Shown one piece after another: positions 30,601-39,037 of a stretch of DNA of 64,000 nucleotides. The stretch comes from a virus, in the IMG/VR virus record IMGVR_UViG_3300021185_003522, positions 32,001 to 96,000 of that record, one strand, 5' to 3'. Under the pieces are notes generated by a model. The model had not been told where the DNA came from, searched no databases, and worked only from the letters and a program-made list of their open reading frames with translations. Every line of letters starts with the position of its first letter. Position 1 is the first letter of the stretch. The translations under genes and the position numbers were made by a program.

Positions 30601-33600
30601 TAGTTCATAACTTTCATCAGGTAATAAAAGACTGCTGTTTAGACTGTTAGGCGAAGATTTTTCTGAAAATATTTTTAAATAGTTTTGGTCGCTGAATGCC
30701 GCCATTCTGTAACATAATCTGACATCCATGTTGGACAAAGTATCACTTAACAATGTTGTACTATCTAAACCTGTTACTCTATTATAATCAATTATAAAAT
30801 TTATGTAACTTTTCTTAATTGTATTGTTGCCATAAATTTCTATAGTATCAGGATCAATACGGAATCTATTGTTATACAAATATTGACTAAAATCATTATT
30901 GTACTTGTATAAATCTCTATCAGCGAATAAACTAAAATATTGTGCAGGTTTTGTTAACGCTAATAATCTTTGTATAGCAAATGGATATGCACTACTTCTG
31001 CGCCACGCAGTTTCGGTTGGTCCCATATCGCCTGCTACCCAGGATTTAACAAAACTATTTCTGTCATAAGATCCAACTATTGAATCCATCGGCGGTAGTA
31101 AATTGCCTTGAGAGTCTGTTGGTAGTGCGTCGAGTAGTTGTGGTCTTACGTATTCTTTTCTTGTTACATTGCCTGTTGGGTATGCTACAATACCGTTGGC
31201 CATATCGCTCCATAATACTGTATTGCCTGATGTATATGGTGCTGGACCATAAATTGTTTGCCACCAGGAAGGTTCTTCGGTCAACCCAACCATTTCCCAT
31301 GGGCGAGTGTGCGGCGAATCAGTATCGTAGAGGTCAAAGTATATGCCTCTCCAAAATCCAAGCAAGGGTTTTTCAGATAATTTGTTTTCACTTTGACTGT
31401 AGTTCCATGTAAATTCGTTATCAGCAATATAGGTTTGATCTTTATATGGAACTCTATTTTCGCCAACCCACGTTAGAAAACTTGTATTGAGTATTGTCGT
31501 TACTTCGCCTAATGTATAATCTGTAGTTCGAAACTGCCCAGGTATAACATCAACGGCTTGTAATGGTAATGCATATCGATCATCTGCACTTACCTTGATG
31601 TTGTTATAAATTCGTTTTTCAAATTCTAAGAGAACATCGTTTCGATAATCACCTTGTTCGAAAGCAACAGTTAAACTTCCGTCGTGACCTTGAATCACGT
31701 TGGTTGGCGTCACATAGGTGTTATCTAAAAATTCGTATGGACGATATATTCCATACAGTCCCATCATACTAGGTGTAGCAGGTACATAACTTCCATAGGT
31801 AGTTGCGTACTCATTGATTGTGATAATATCACCATCAGCTAGTGTTATTCGATTTGTGTTAATTGTAATACGTGGACCATCTGTAGCAACAGTGTACTCA
31901 TATCCGTCACCGGTGAGTATTGTTTGTACTCCAGTGCTTATAGGTGTATAATAAACAAGTATACCTTTATAGTTTGCAGTTGTTAAATCGTAACTGAACA
32001 GTGTATCAAAAACTTCAGTTGTTATTGGCGAAACTGTATAACTGGTCGTTTGGAATGTTGTTCCGTAAGGGATTGCATCTGTCCAATAGAAAGGACTAAT
32101 GTCATTTTTTCCTGCATTAATAGCAAGAAGTGTTTCATCAAGTATTTGTGCAGTAGTTTTATTTTCCCAGTCGTTACTGCCAACATAATCAAGAATTTTC
32201 TGTTTTGTTTTTGAATATTCAATAGCGTTGAACTCTATTGCACGAAAAAATTCGTAGTCTCTACCATTGATAAAATTTGTCATCATGGTAAATGGTGAAC
32301 TGTGTTGCAGTACCAAATCACCATAAGGCACAACGTTTCCAAGATCTCTTACATTATTATTTCCGTGTATCTTTCCACGAAAGTTTTCTAAATTCTCACA
32401 AATGCTTTCGTAATGTGTACGCAAAGTACCAAGTGTAAAACTTGGACTGTTTGCATTCATTGCGTTAGATTCAAGATTACTCGGGATAGTATAAAAAGCA
32501 ACACTACTTGCGAAATCACTTAATACTTGTACTTCAACAGTAGCACCAGTCACTGGTTGTGTTGCAGGTTGGCCAACAATGTTTTCATTAAAAGTTACAA
32601 CAGTCACATTATCGCTATTTGTTGCATATGTATAGCTAGTAGGAAGTATAAACTTTCCTTCTACATACACCTTTACAGGAATTTTTGATGCATCATTGAT
32701 TACTTCTATATCCAAAACCAAAGCAGTACCTTGATAGGTAAAACTAAAACTTTGTCTTTGTACACTAGTCTCAAAAGATGTTTGCCATCCAAGAAGTTTA
32801 TCAAATGTGTCTATACTATTATACTGCCTAACTGTGCCTGTGTCAATCTTTTTATTTTCACTAACAGTTCCATTGACATACACAAAGGAATCAGTGTACA
32901 GGTTATTATCAAATACAATGTCACCAACATTATTAATTGTAAGATATTTTAATGGTTGATCAATTACAGTATCAGTTGTACCAGTACCAATTGCATAACT
33001 AAAAAGTTTTGAACCTTGGAAAGTAGTACTTGGATATACTGTCGTGTCGCTAAAACTATAGCCACTACTATCAAATATATCAAACAGTGGTGGTTGATTC
33101 ACACTATTTTTTTGCTGTGCAGATTGCCAGGTGGTTCCATTAAACCAGTAGACTTTTCCTTGTTGCGTATTTCCTGAAGTAACTACCACTGTGGTATTAG
33201 TATCTATGTCAGGTGTTGTTAGACTTGCTGGTTGCAAATCAATAACCTGTGTCGTGCTATCGCCAAAGTTAATAAAACTTACAGTATAGATTTTATTACG
33301 TACTTCACTATCTAAATCGTTAGCAAAAATTACTCTTGACCCAGAAATAAAATTATACCCATCAACACTGTAACCAATAGTACCATTAATATTTGAAAAT
33401 GCATCAGTTTCAGTAAAATCAATTATATCAATTGGTGCAGTAGCAATGGTTCCATAGTTAAAAAGTTTTAAATTTTTACGGAATTCAAGTATTGGACGTT
33501 TTGCTCTGTTATCATTGTTGATTACCAATGGAATTTGATTATAATTTGCAGTTTGTTCCAATACACCAATATGGAACCATCTGTTTCCCCTTGTCCAAGC

Positions 33601-35184
33601 ATTCTGATCAATACTTGCACGATTAATTGTCATATAATCCTGTGCAGTTGGCGCATTATTAGTAGCGTCAAAGTTTCCTTCATCAAAAGGTTTACTATCA
33701 TAAGGCACAGTAGTGGACACGGTAAAAGTTTCTGGCGTAATAAAGTCTATTACTGGTAATAATTCAATTGCAGTTCCAACGCCCTCAATATAGTATTCAT
33801 TGTTTTCATAACTAGAAGGAACAACAGTGCCTATAAATTGTACTTTTAAGCCGTTTGTGAATACAACACCATTTGGTGAAGTATATGATGCTTTACCAAT
33901 TACATCTTCAATGTTTAAATCTGCTGAATTTGCCTGTTCAACGAGACGTATGATGCCAAAGTTAGTTTCATCGTTTCCGTCTTGGTAATATAGAATATCA
34001 AGGTTTGCGGTTATCAATGGTTGGAGTTTAAATTTTCCAGATGCATCCTTATACCATGTTTTTCCAGCATTGTCTGTACCGTATTCAATCAAAGTTTTGT
34101 TTAAATTAGCTATACTCTGTACTTTTGTAAGTTCCATAAAAGGACGAAGAGGATCTGCATAGTTAAAGTTTATTATCCATTGTACTAACTGATTCTCATC
34201 TCCAGTTATAGGATCAGTATCACTAAAGACACTATCATCAAATCCTTGACTGTCAAAAGGTTCTTCGTTAGCCCAACCTGTAGATTGTCCTCCAACAAAA
34301 ATTAATGTGCGATTTTGTAAATCAGTGATACCGTCAATTCCATCAGGATTATCCTCAAGAAATACATCAACGTACTGGTTATTAATTTGATTAAAGTTAA
34401 GTGTATTCTCAACTAAATCAGTAGATCCAATATCTGCTAGTGTAAAGAAAAAGTTTTGATCAGTTTTACTTGGCACTGTAAATTGAACAGTACCTACATC
34501 GTCGCCATTATTAGTTACGCCAAGAACATCTCGGGAACTCTGATTTGGTTGTTGTGGTAGCGTACCCGATGTGCCAGGCACACTTTGTATAAAATATGGA
34601 TGCCCGCTTGCGTTTACATTAAATGTATACCCTCCTTGCCTTACAAGAGTAAGAGTTGGTAATGCACCTGCTTCTCCTGAAAACGTGTATCCATTTTGCG
34701 TATAAGCAACATCAAAAATATCTGTTAAGGGAACTGCATTAGAAAACACATCAACGCTGTTAGGTCCTTCAGGCACCCAATAATATTGGCTGAAATTTAT
34801 ATATTTGTCGTAATCTACAAAAGGATCAAAACTATAATGTTCGCTATCAAATAACCTGTTATCTTTTATTGTGTTTGCACCTTGTAGGTTCAAACTATCA
34901 ATAATTCCAGGATAGGTTATTGCATCTACGACTTTACCTGTATCAGGAGATACTTGAACTACACCAGGTTCTAATTGATAATTAGCACGAGTAGCAGTTG
35001 GTTCTAAGATATAATTGTCAGTGGCTGTTACGCCAGGACCAATCTTTCGACCAATATATCCTTCTGTTGGTTTCAATTTAGGATTTTGTGTAAGTTGGTC
35101 TAATGTACTACGTAACAACTGCTTGTTTGCAGGTGTTTGAAAAACTTCAGGTAAAAAATCTTCTGAGCGTATACGCTTCGCCAT
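21616..35184 (-). CDS. Giant baseplate wedge protein (gp7-like position) with beta-propeller and Ig-like modules
   Basis: 4522 aa directly after the gp6-like gene; FLP..F.T..N start, VKPYH motif, about seven FG...(L/I)VGAP repeats, NGGSGY repeats. Confidence 0.75.
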   Translation of the reverse strand: MAKRIRSEDFLPEVFQTPANKQLLRSTLDQLTQNPKLKPTEGYIGRKIGPGVTATDNYILEPTATRANYQLEPGVVQVSPDTGKVVDAITYPGIIDSLNLQGANTIKDNRLFDSEHYSFDPFVDYDKYINFSQYYWVPEGPNSVDVFSNAVPLTDIFDVAYTQNGYTFSGEAGALPTLTLVRQGGYTFNVNASGHPYFIQSVPGTSGTLPQQPNQSSRDVLGVTNNGDDVGTVQFTVPSKTDQNFFFTLADIGSTDLVENTLNFNQINNQYVDVFLEDNPDGIDGITDLQNRTLIFVGGQSTGWANEEPFDSQGFDDSVFSDTDPITGDENQLVQWIINFNYADPLRPFMELTKVQSIANLNKTLIEYGTDNAGKTWYKDASGKFKLQPLITANLDILYYQDGNDETNFGIIRLVEQANSADLNIEDVIGKASYTSPNGVVFTNGLKVQFIGTVVPSSYENNEYYIEGVGTAIELLPVIDFITPETFTVSTTVPYDSKPFDEGNFDATNNAPTAQDYMTINRASIDQNAWTRGNRWFHIGVLEQTANYNQIPLVINNDNRAKRPILEFRKNLKLFNYGTIATAPIDIIDFTETDAFSNINGTIGYSVDGYNFISGSRVIFANDLDSEVRNKIYTVSFINFGDSTTQVIDLQPASLTTPDIDTNTTVVVTSGNTQQGKVYWFNGTTWQSAQQKNSVNQPPLFDIFDSSGYSFSDTTVYPSTTFQGSKLFSYAIGTGTTDTVIDQPLKYLTINNVGDIVFDNNLYTDSFVYVNGTVSENKKIDTGTVRQYNSIDTFDKLLGWQTSFETSVQRQSFSFTYQGTALVLDIEVINDASKIPVKVYVEGKFILPTSYTYATNSDNVTVVTFNENIVGQPATQPVTGATVEVQVLSDFASSVAFYTIPSNLESNAMNANSPSFTLGTLRTHYESICENLENFRGKIHGNNNVRDLGNVVPYGDLVLQHSSPFTMMTNFINGRDYEFFRAIEFNAIEYSKTKQKILDYVGSNDWENKTTAQILDETLLAINAGKNDISPFYWTDAIPYGTTFQTTSYTVSPITTEVFDTLFSYDLTTANYKGILVYYTPISTGVQTILTGDGYEYTVATDGPRITINTNRITLADGDIITINEYATTYGSYVPATPSMMGLYGIYRPYEFLDNTYVTPTNVIQGHDGSLTVAFEQGDYRNDVLLEFEKRIYNNIKVSADDRYALPLQAVDVIPGQFRTTDYTLGEVTTILNTSFLTWVGENRVPYKDQTYIADNEFTWNYSQSENKLSEKPLLGFWRGIYFDLYDTDSPHTRPWEMVGLTEEPSWWQTIYGPAPYTSGNTVLWSDMANGIVAYPTGNVTRKEYVRPQLLDALPTDSQGNLLPPMDSIVGSYDRNSFVKSWVAGDMGPTETAWRRSSAYPFAIQRLLALTKPAQYFSLFADRDLYKYNNDFSQYLYNNRFRIDPDTIEIYGNNTIKKSYINFIIDYNRVTGLDSTTLLSDTLSNMDVRLCYRMAAFSDQNYLKIFSEKSSPNSLNSSLLLPDESYELFLYKNPSIAEIQYSAVTVQRVSGGYAVAGYSTAKPYFEILQSANAGTFSTITVAGQTTRIAESFTENVRQVPYGYVFTNASAVVDFLVSYGALLTKKGLTFDTVENEYIINWTQMSQEFLYWVNQSWTEGSIINLNPAANILKLEQPNTVVESLTNENINDIILNQNFLPMTTKDYAVERLGNELKLIGLNNNTFSLLLARFTAYEHIIVFDNVSIFNDLIYQPITGARQNRLLVNGNTVFDWNGTLDAQGFILNQDNIREWVPNQSYTKGQIVLYKNAYWSATTLLAPSGTFVFADWIKSDYSQIQTGLLPNLATKANALRENYDIHTANLESDATLLGLGLIGFRPRQYMQNLNLDDISQAGLYSQFLGTKGTLGAAEQFKSAYLGKEEAEYEIRENWAIQRGIYGANANRSYFELRTDESKLLSNPSTIAVIDTQEVSTANQTVLVDNIWKQSYKITSKNILPTVGQIPEDVALPSAGYVNYDDVNIKVFNYNDLTNVLANLDDISLGTNIWVAKANSYDWNIYRTNLVNATIISVTDNLNDTLTVTFDTNHGLLANARIIIKFFNTLVDGSYIVSTVPSLKTLTIALSLPGETVTLTGDGRCFTLESVRLAQASDVASLSFANNIASGNQVWVDDYGDGNWAVLEKVNPFGTATELDADQPLEDDLFGTTVEQGLLGQGLAVGAPGHVSGAGAVYCFGKSDTNTYKQVSIMKPTATGFSGFGTSLSVGNTEWIVSGAPASDSNKGYAVAINRDSSNGQFRQTQLFNTGTVDADKFGQDVAVSDDERWLYISAPEDNKIYAYNKVGVQSQTLKFVGDATTKDFIITGTIVVSAVNATAQTQIAVTRNNISQTDGGDFTVQTSGTNQVVRFASAPNENDTIVITRRQGITYLPSVPTTTFSTAKLFTVNDIYSFSVFYNGALLRPTFDYTFAGSTVTLLVAINSGTLLIDSKDHWDFVSSIAVSGASAGDLAGQSISTTTDGRQLVIGAPNAEVTVGSVTSTDAGSVHFYDRSVERFQVTTASTTTQSFTTVDTPVGTPAVTVNGTYLVPSDNANDAQFTNSGTTITIGTSTNPYTLNVGDIVEIETNTFRLAQTVNATTVGGNYKFGSVVDVCSTNCSIYIAEPNDSLIVPEGGSVDRWINQSRLFGTITGTVTNPVLTATDSIRINNYYVTLTGTTVDSLVTDITTADIPNITATNVGGALQLTLVDIQAGEEFIKLQVAPGAGSAFADLGLKPIVYSQTIVAPIPNDYGHFGTSIKIDNSATTLVVGAPDSTANLPTTFDSNTTYFDSKSTSLTDPLDQSGVAYTYNFLPSANASATNPGKFAFGQQIFDTSIMSFDKFGSAVDYYDGVLLVGAPNDDLNDSSGDFGRVTQLVNPNKESAWKIRYNQQPIVDATLLNSVFTYNKINNEVTTYLDFIDPLQGKILGAAQANIDYTGGIDPAAYNTGDVNNYGTQWTSSYLGKIWWDLSTVRFIDYHQDTIEYKARRWGQLFPGSSVDVYQWTKNTVEPANYTGNGTVFSTTSYVITSELDSAGTFVTYYYYWVKGLTAVSSDKTLSASGIAQYIESPRSSGVAYSAAISQSTVSLYNCRNLFSASDTILHIEFDKIANNDNVHSEYDLITVGDNKSFLGDGLYRKFLDSFCGEDTLGNLVPDATLSIADKYGVSFRPRQSFFTNRFLALENYIKRANAIMKLYPISDSKSLKLLNSQEPEPTSASGEWNKRVLTYAELTYQDLRQVAVGYKYLVASDSTQEGLWTIYTVQADQTLMLSRVQNYDTKLYWSYIDWNGTNADFTTYSSVNESSYDVKVYSDLLALPNVKNGEWATVEANSFGKQEVYQYSTSTTEWTRVFLQDGTIAIDSTVYNYADGNFGFDVEVFDAQRFDQAPNIETRQILKALNEEIFTTDLQKFRNELLILTFEFIMTEQAAPDWLFKTSLIDVNHKIRDLIEYPIFRRDNQDFVSQYIQEVKPYHVQVREFNLRYEGEDTYNGSITDFDLPAYYDSLRGQFVSPILDDSENPKSLSALPSTSVVWQTFPWSQWFNNYKLQIKSVTVTNGGSGYTVPPQVTITGDATTQATMTATVNTAGVLVRVNLITQGSGYISTPTISITGGNGTGATAIAVLEPQQVRDFTTTIAYDRITYTSKVVDWTENTFYLAGQLIRFPVPTVGVVSATLPEVYSVDTNLTSGATFDPESYTKVDQSTLDGADRTIGLYTPEPNEPGRELAQVMSGIDYPGVQVQGPDFNQNTGYDVGNFDINPFDNIDFGPEGLPTYDPGILDVIYESVFSDTYLGTRSTDINVEGGEFIDLYSSHAPEELIPGSEFDTLDLKVYTRPGSDWSSDGHGFNIATTTIEFLGAGTVIDFTNTMLHPVGIEIVDFTTGQAIVNTAYTINWISKIVTLGATMPSAVGNTIGVKVFGLGGGSQLYKESFAGTEIASNTQTIPVTFSEINQMVIFNNGVVTTDYTYAASGSFFTKITFGSTIPSTAWITIVALGTTTPTQYSWSTPLVQYMTYDGSSLLDSLTNSLQGTNIANLVVNREGLRLRPPEGIEYTGDGSSAGPYYISTTGISNQALVSDNDMLVYVDNVKQNLAVDYNLSAWDGSSDRYIEFTVGSMPPANSDIKIFTTTEADYIVMGDQIELRVGAAANAVFGVFTYNDTAQQNILTKVFVGPTTSGVTTGDAYDEVPYDSSEFDKTIGTTIDTNDFNLGRLITSPERLIVTLNGVYIQQTEYNLSNSTNNITTLTLDRNTINGSDVLVVTMFTNTIVPNSLNFRIFQDMLGNQKLLRLNSNNTTELLQDITADADTIYFTDVTKLSEPNLSANLFGQVMVGAERITYRTRDTGSNSISGLRRGVAGTSAMSHVISTQASDVGPGEQLPSTYQQKTTTDKTNVGDGTTTRFTTSIIVPTGLDSTELAESVTVTVAGTVLVPDTDYTVTATDSTFTEITLTTAPEANVEVWFSQVTANVMYAQGTNTASNGIALQDQTTPAVKFLKS

Positions 35185-35185
35185 A

Positions 35186-38100
35186 CTAGATCACTCCGCT
35201 ATTTGATGCGGTACGTAGTTGACTACTTGTTAATGCATCTATAACTTCTATATCATTAACTGTGGCCGCATTTACAAAAATTTCATTTGATTGTGAACGT
35301 ATTTCGTACAGATCACCAAACGATTTAAGAGGATCAGTTGGTACAAGTACCACTGTGCTTATAATGCTTCCTAGCTGATCATGTAAATATGCACTAAGTT
35401 CAGAGAAAAAGAAAGTATCTCCAAAATCCCAATTTTCAATTGTAAAGTAGGAATTCATTGCAGACACGACCTGGCTTTTTATCTCGCTTATACTTGCCGT
35501 GCTCTGAGGATTCTTCACACATTTTATTGTTGCTCTTAACTCTTCAGATGCTTTTGTACCAAATAATGGTTTGAATGTCACACTATTAAGAATAATATTA
35601 TCACTTATCATTTTGTACTTGTTAAGTGTACTATATGCAGTAGTAAGTTCGTCAATTGTAGGTTGTGCAGGCTGGACTACAGTTCCGGTACTATCTCTTG
35701 CATAGTTTTGATAAGCAATATAGTAGGATTGGGTTACAAGAAAAATATCAATAATATTTGTTGTTCCTGGATCTATACGTCTGCTTAACGGTGCGTTATG
35801 TCGATACTGAAAATATAGTCCTTGTCTGCCAACATATGTTTGGTATCCTACAACTTCAGTAATAGTTCGTACTCCATCATATGCAACTGTTAATTGATAA
35901 AATTTCTTATCAGTGTATGCATAAAATACTTGTTTGTCTGGATATTCACTTTTTACTAATTCAATTGAGTCTTTAGTAGCAAGTGAACCAATTACTACTC
36001 CAGCCGCAAGTGGCAAATATCTTTCCAAGTTGTCAAAGTCAATTGTTTGTTGTAAGTATATTCTTTTTGTATTTGGGTTTACTGTTGGAGCAACCAATGT
36101 TTGAAAATAATCTGGATTGTCAGGTATGCCATCATTGTCAGAATCTTTATAACTTATTCTTACTTTGAAGTCGTCAATAAAACCATCAGTTTCAACAGGT
36201 TGATCAATGATATCTAACACTTCATCGCTGTTAAGCGTAGAACTTGTATCTGGTTTATTATTAGTTTTAAGTACATTTATAAAATCGTTTATCACTGTGC
36301 CTGTTTTTGGATCATATACTTTCTGTGTGCCGTCATAAAAGAAACGTGTCTCAAGCACACTAGCCCAAAACCGTTGTAAACTACGAGAACTAACTGTGTA
36401 TGTTACACCATCAGTTTCAAATGCAACCAACCATGAATTATCTAAGCCTGTTCCTGTGGTATTCTGTGCATATGCAAGACTAAATGTAGTGGCAGAATTT
36501 AAATTAGTTGACGTAATCACATACCACGATCCTGTTAAATTATCATATCCAATTCCAAAGTTTCTGTATAGCTCAATGTTTTCACGAATTGTTGTTTCAA
36601 TTGAAGTTGGCAAATTAGTAACGAAGTTTGGAATAACCTCAGTTGGAATTGCATTTGTAGGAATAAAATTGTTTAGTGTAACTGGTCCAGTACCGTCAGC
36701 GTTGTTTCCAGTTCCAAAGTTTGTACCGTCAAGTTCTAATGCAGTTACAGTTGCCCATAGTACTGTTTTATCTCCAGGCAACGTTGGTGATCCAACTGCT
36801 AGTCTATTTGTGGCAGTAAAATATTGTCCTGCAGGCGGTGTAAATTTAACTAGTCCACCATTTGCAATATATTGTTTATTATCACTTGCTTGAGGCCCAA
36901 CCGGTGCTGGCGCATTACTAGCTACAAATCTAAAAAATCCAGTTGTTTCATTGTTACTGGTTGTGCTCTGACTCCAATTCAAATTCAGTATTGCTAGGTC
37001 CGGACGAGTAAAGTTTTCATAATAAAACTCTTGCATACCTCTACTTGCAAGGACGGGCTCAACTTGATTTACAATCACGTCTGTAATATCATTTTGATCA
37101 ATATAGGTAAATGTAAAACTTGGCACTGCGGTATTTTCATAAATCATACCATCTGATGCAAAAACATTTGTACTTGAATATTTTCCAGTAATATCTACAA
37201 GATCCAAGTATCTACTAGTACCAATTGAGCTGCGATTCAGAGCCTTGGACTTGATTATAGTTGAATAAAGTGTATATGGAAAATTGTTGTAGTCTTCACC
37301 GTTGACCATTCTGTCTTGTGTGTAATATCTTGCAGGAGCACGTTGCTTTATGTCATTGATATTTTCTCTATTGGTGGCATTGCTTATTGGTGTAGTTAAT
37401 GCACATGTAAGACTAAGTGTTTCGTTTCGTCCTGATCTACTTACATAACCGATACTAATGGTTACGTTTTGCATTTCGTCTGGGTTGATTATATATGCTA
37501 ACCCGTTTGATGAACGAACATATGTTCTAAAATTACCAACTGGAATAGAACTGAAAACTCCATCTCCAAAGTTTAAGTTAATTTGATCATTGGTTCGTGA
37601 ACTAATACTATAATACCTACGTTGTTCTGGCGTTAATTCTTCTACTGCACCAGTATAGATGTTATCAACTTTTGACCATTCGTTTTGTATATTGCCGTCG
37701 GCATCTAGTTGATATAACCATGTATCTGTATTATTGACTCCTTCAATATTAACATTTACTACTCTGTTAGAAATTCTCTCGCCTAAATTAAAATCTAAGT
37801 CTTGCAAACTTCCTTGCTTGAACAAGAAAAAGTATCCAGTATTTGCACTAGCATACCCTTGATAGTCGTTACGATAAAGAATATTTAAAGGACCATTTGG
37901 TTGTGGTGACGGTTCGTATATAAAATCTTCGTTTTGAGAGGTTCCACTTACGGCTTCAAACGCCATGCTAGTACCATTTACTGTATTAGTAAACGGTATT
38001 ACTGGTAAAAACCCTTGTATTAAATTAATTGTGTATTCATCTGTTTTTACACCAAGAAGTGTTTGTGTATTGCCCGGTACTCCAAACCGTTGACTATTTG

Positions 38101-38593
38101 TAAGTGTACTGTTGACGATAACTGTAAATTGTTCTAACCAGTTTGCGTTTGTTGTATCATTCCAGTTAACTGTAATATTTGAAAGGTTTGCACCAGTAAA
38201 ATCTACCACACCTTCAGTTGTACTAATACTTTGTACTTTTAAAAATCCTTCTGCGGCGGTATTTCGTTTTGGTGTGTAACTTACTAGTTCCGCTAATCTG
38301 TTGACACTATCTCGTCTTTCAGCAGTGTCTATAAAATTTTCTCTAGTGTTTAAATCATTTCTGAAACTACCTGCTTGGCCCATAAATGCCATAACATCAA
38401 GCAGTGCTATGAATTCACTTGACTCTATATAGTCGTTGAAACTTTCTGGGTAGTACAAACGAATATAATCAATAAAAGTTTTACGCAGTGTTTCAAAATC
38501 GTAACTTTGAAAGTCTGCTTCACGATAGGTTTGATAGATTCTTTTCCAATCTTCAACACCAAATATACTAGTTTGTCGTGTAGTTTTAGCCAT
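35186..38593 (-). CDS. Baseplate wedge subunit, T4 gp6-like
   Basis: DFETLR...FNDYIESSE...LDVMAF...ENFIDTA...LVSY.P; FGDG; E.I.DIK..AP...QDRMV..EDY. Confidence 0.85.
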   Translation of the reverse strand: MAKTTRQTSIFGVEDWKRIYQTYREADFQSYDFETLRKTFIDYIRLYYPESFNDYIESSEFIALLDVMAFMGQAGSFRNDLNTRENFIDTAERRDSVNRLAELVSYTPKRNTAAEGFLKVQSISTTEGVVDFTGANLSNITVNWNDTTNANWLEQFTVIVNSTLTNSQRFGVPGNTQTLLGVKTDEYTINLIQGFLPVIPFTNTVNGTSMAFEAVSGTSQNEDFIYEPSPQPNGPLNILYRNDYQGYASANTGYFFLFKQGSLQDLDFNLGERISNRVVNVNIEGVNNTDTWLYQLDADGNIQNEWSKVDNIYTGAVEELTPEQRRYYSISSRTNDQINLNFGDGVFSSIPVGNFRTYVRSSNGLAYIINPDEMQNVTISIGYVSRSGRNETLSLTCALTTPISNATNRENINDIKQRAPARYYTQDRMVNGEDYNNFPYTLYSTIIKSKALNRSSIGTSRYLDLVDITGKYSSTNVFASDGMIYENTAVPSFTFTYIDQNDITDVIVNQVEPVLASRGMQEFYYENFTRPDLAILNLNWSQSTTSNNETTGFFRFVASNAPAPVGPQASDNKQYIANGGLVKFTPPAGQYFTATNRLAVGSPTLPGDKTVLWATVTALELDGTNFGTGNNADGTGPVTLNNFIPTNAIPTEVIPNFVTNLPTSIETTIRENIELYRNFGIGYDNLTGSWYVITSTNLNSATTFSLAYAQNTTGTGLDNSWLVAFETDGVTYTVSSRSLQRFWASVLETRFFYDGTQKVYDPKTGTVINDFINVLKTNNKPDTSSTLNSDEVLDIIDQPVETDGFIDDFKVRISYKDSDNDGIPDNPDYFQTLVAPTVNPNTKRIYLQQTIDFDNLERYLPLAAGVVIGSLATKDSIELVKSEYPDKQVFYAYTDKKFYQLTVAYDGVRTITEVVGYQTYVGRQGLYFQYRHNAPLSRRIDPGTTNIIDIFLVTQSYYIAYQNYARDSTGTVVQPAQPTIDELTTAYSTLNKYKMISDNIILNSVTFKPLFGTKASEELRATIKCVKNPQSTASISEIKSQVVSAMNSYFTIENWDFGDTFFFSELSAYLHDQLGSIISTVVLVPTDPLKSFGDLYEIRSQSNEIFVNAATVNDIEVIDALTSSQLRTASNSGVI

Positions 38594-38611
38594 AGTATTT
38601 TCCTTACCATG

Positions 38612-38619
38612 TATTTATG
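38612..38619 (-). promoter_or_regulatory. Late promoter CATAAATA
   Basis: Intergenic; followed by an AAGGA RBS and the gp6-like ATG. Confidence 0.6.
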
Positions 38620-38644
38620 AAAAGAATTAACTGGGTAGTTTATA

Positions 38645-39025
38645 CTAAACGTCTGAAAACGCTGCTCTTTGTTTTTGTTGATCAAAAAAGACCCGTAGTA
38701 GTTCAGAATCTTGTCCTTGAACAGTTTGTAATTCGAGCTCAAGAAGTATGCCATTTTCTTGTGGAAATACATTAAGTTCGACTATTTCAACTCTTGGATC
38801 TTGTGCAATAATTCTTTGAATTTCTTCTGTGATTGCTCGAGTTGTTGTAGCACTTTGTGGTTCGTATATAAGACTCCACATGCTTGTGCCTACATTAGGA
38901 CGGCCTGGCATTTCACCTTGACGTATGTTTAACGCATTAAGAGTGTCACGTTTAATTAGATCAAAATCAGTTACTGTGTAACTTTTATATTTGTCTATGG
39001 TACTGTATCCGATAAATGTTGCCAT
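38645..39025 (-). CDS. Baseplate wedge subunit, gp25/GPW-like
   Basis: LIKRD.LN.LNIRQGE....P.VG...EP...DPRV. Confidence 0.85.
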   Translation of the reverse strand: MATFIGYSTIDKYKSYTVTDFDLIKRDTLNALNIRQGEMPGRPNVGTSMWSLIYEPQSATTTRAITEEIQRIIAQDPRVEIVELNVFPQENGILLELELQTVQGQDSELLRVFFDQQKQRAAFSDV

Positions 39026-39029
39026 ACTG

Positions 39030-39037
39030 TATTTATG
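39030..39037 (-). promoter_or_regulatory. Late promoter CATAAATA, 4 nt before the ATG
   Basis: TAAATA-CAGT-ATG. Confidence 0.6.

Noticed and set aside
18454-35184. Diversity-generating retroelement or invertible fibre cassette
   Set aside because: No reverse transcriptase, recombinase or template/variable repeat pair noticed
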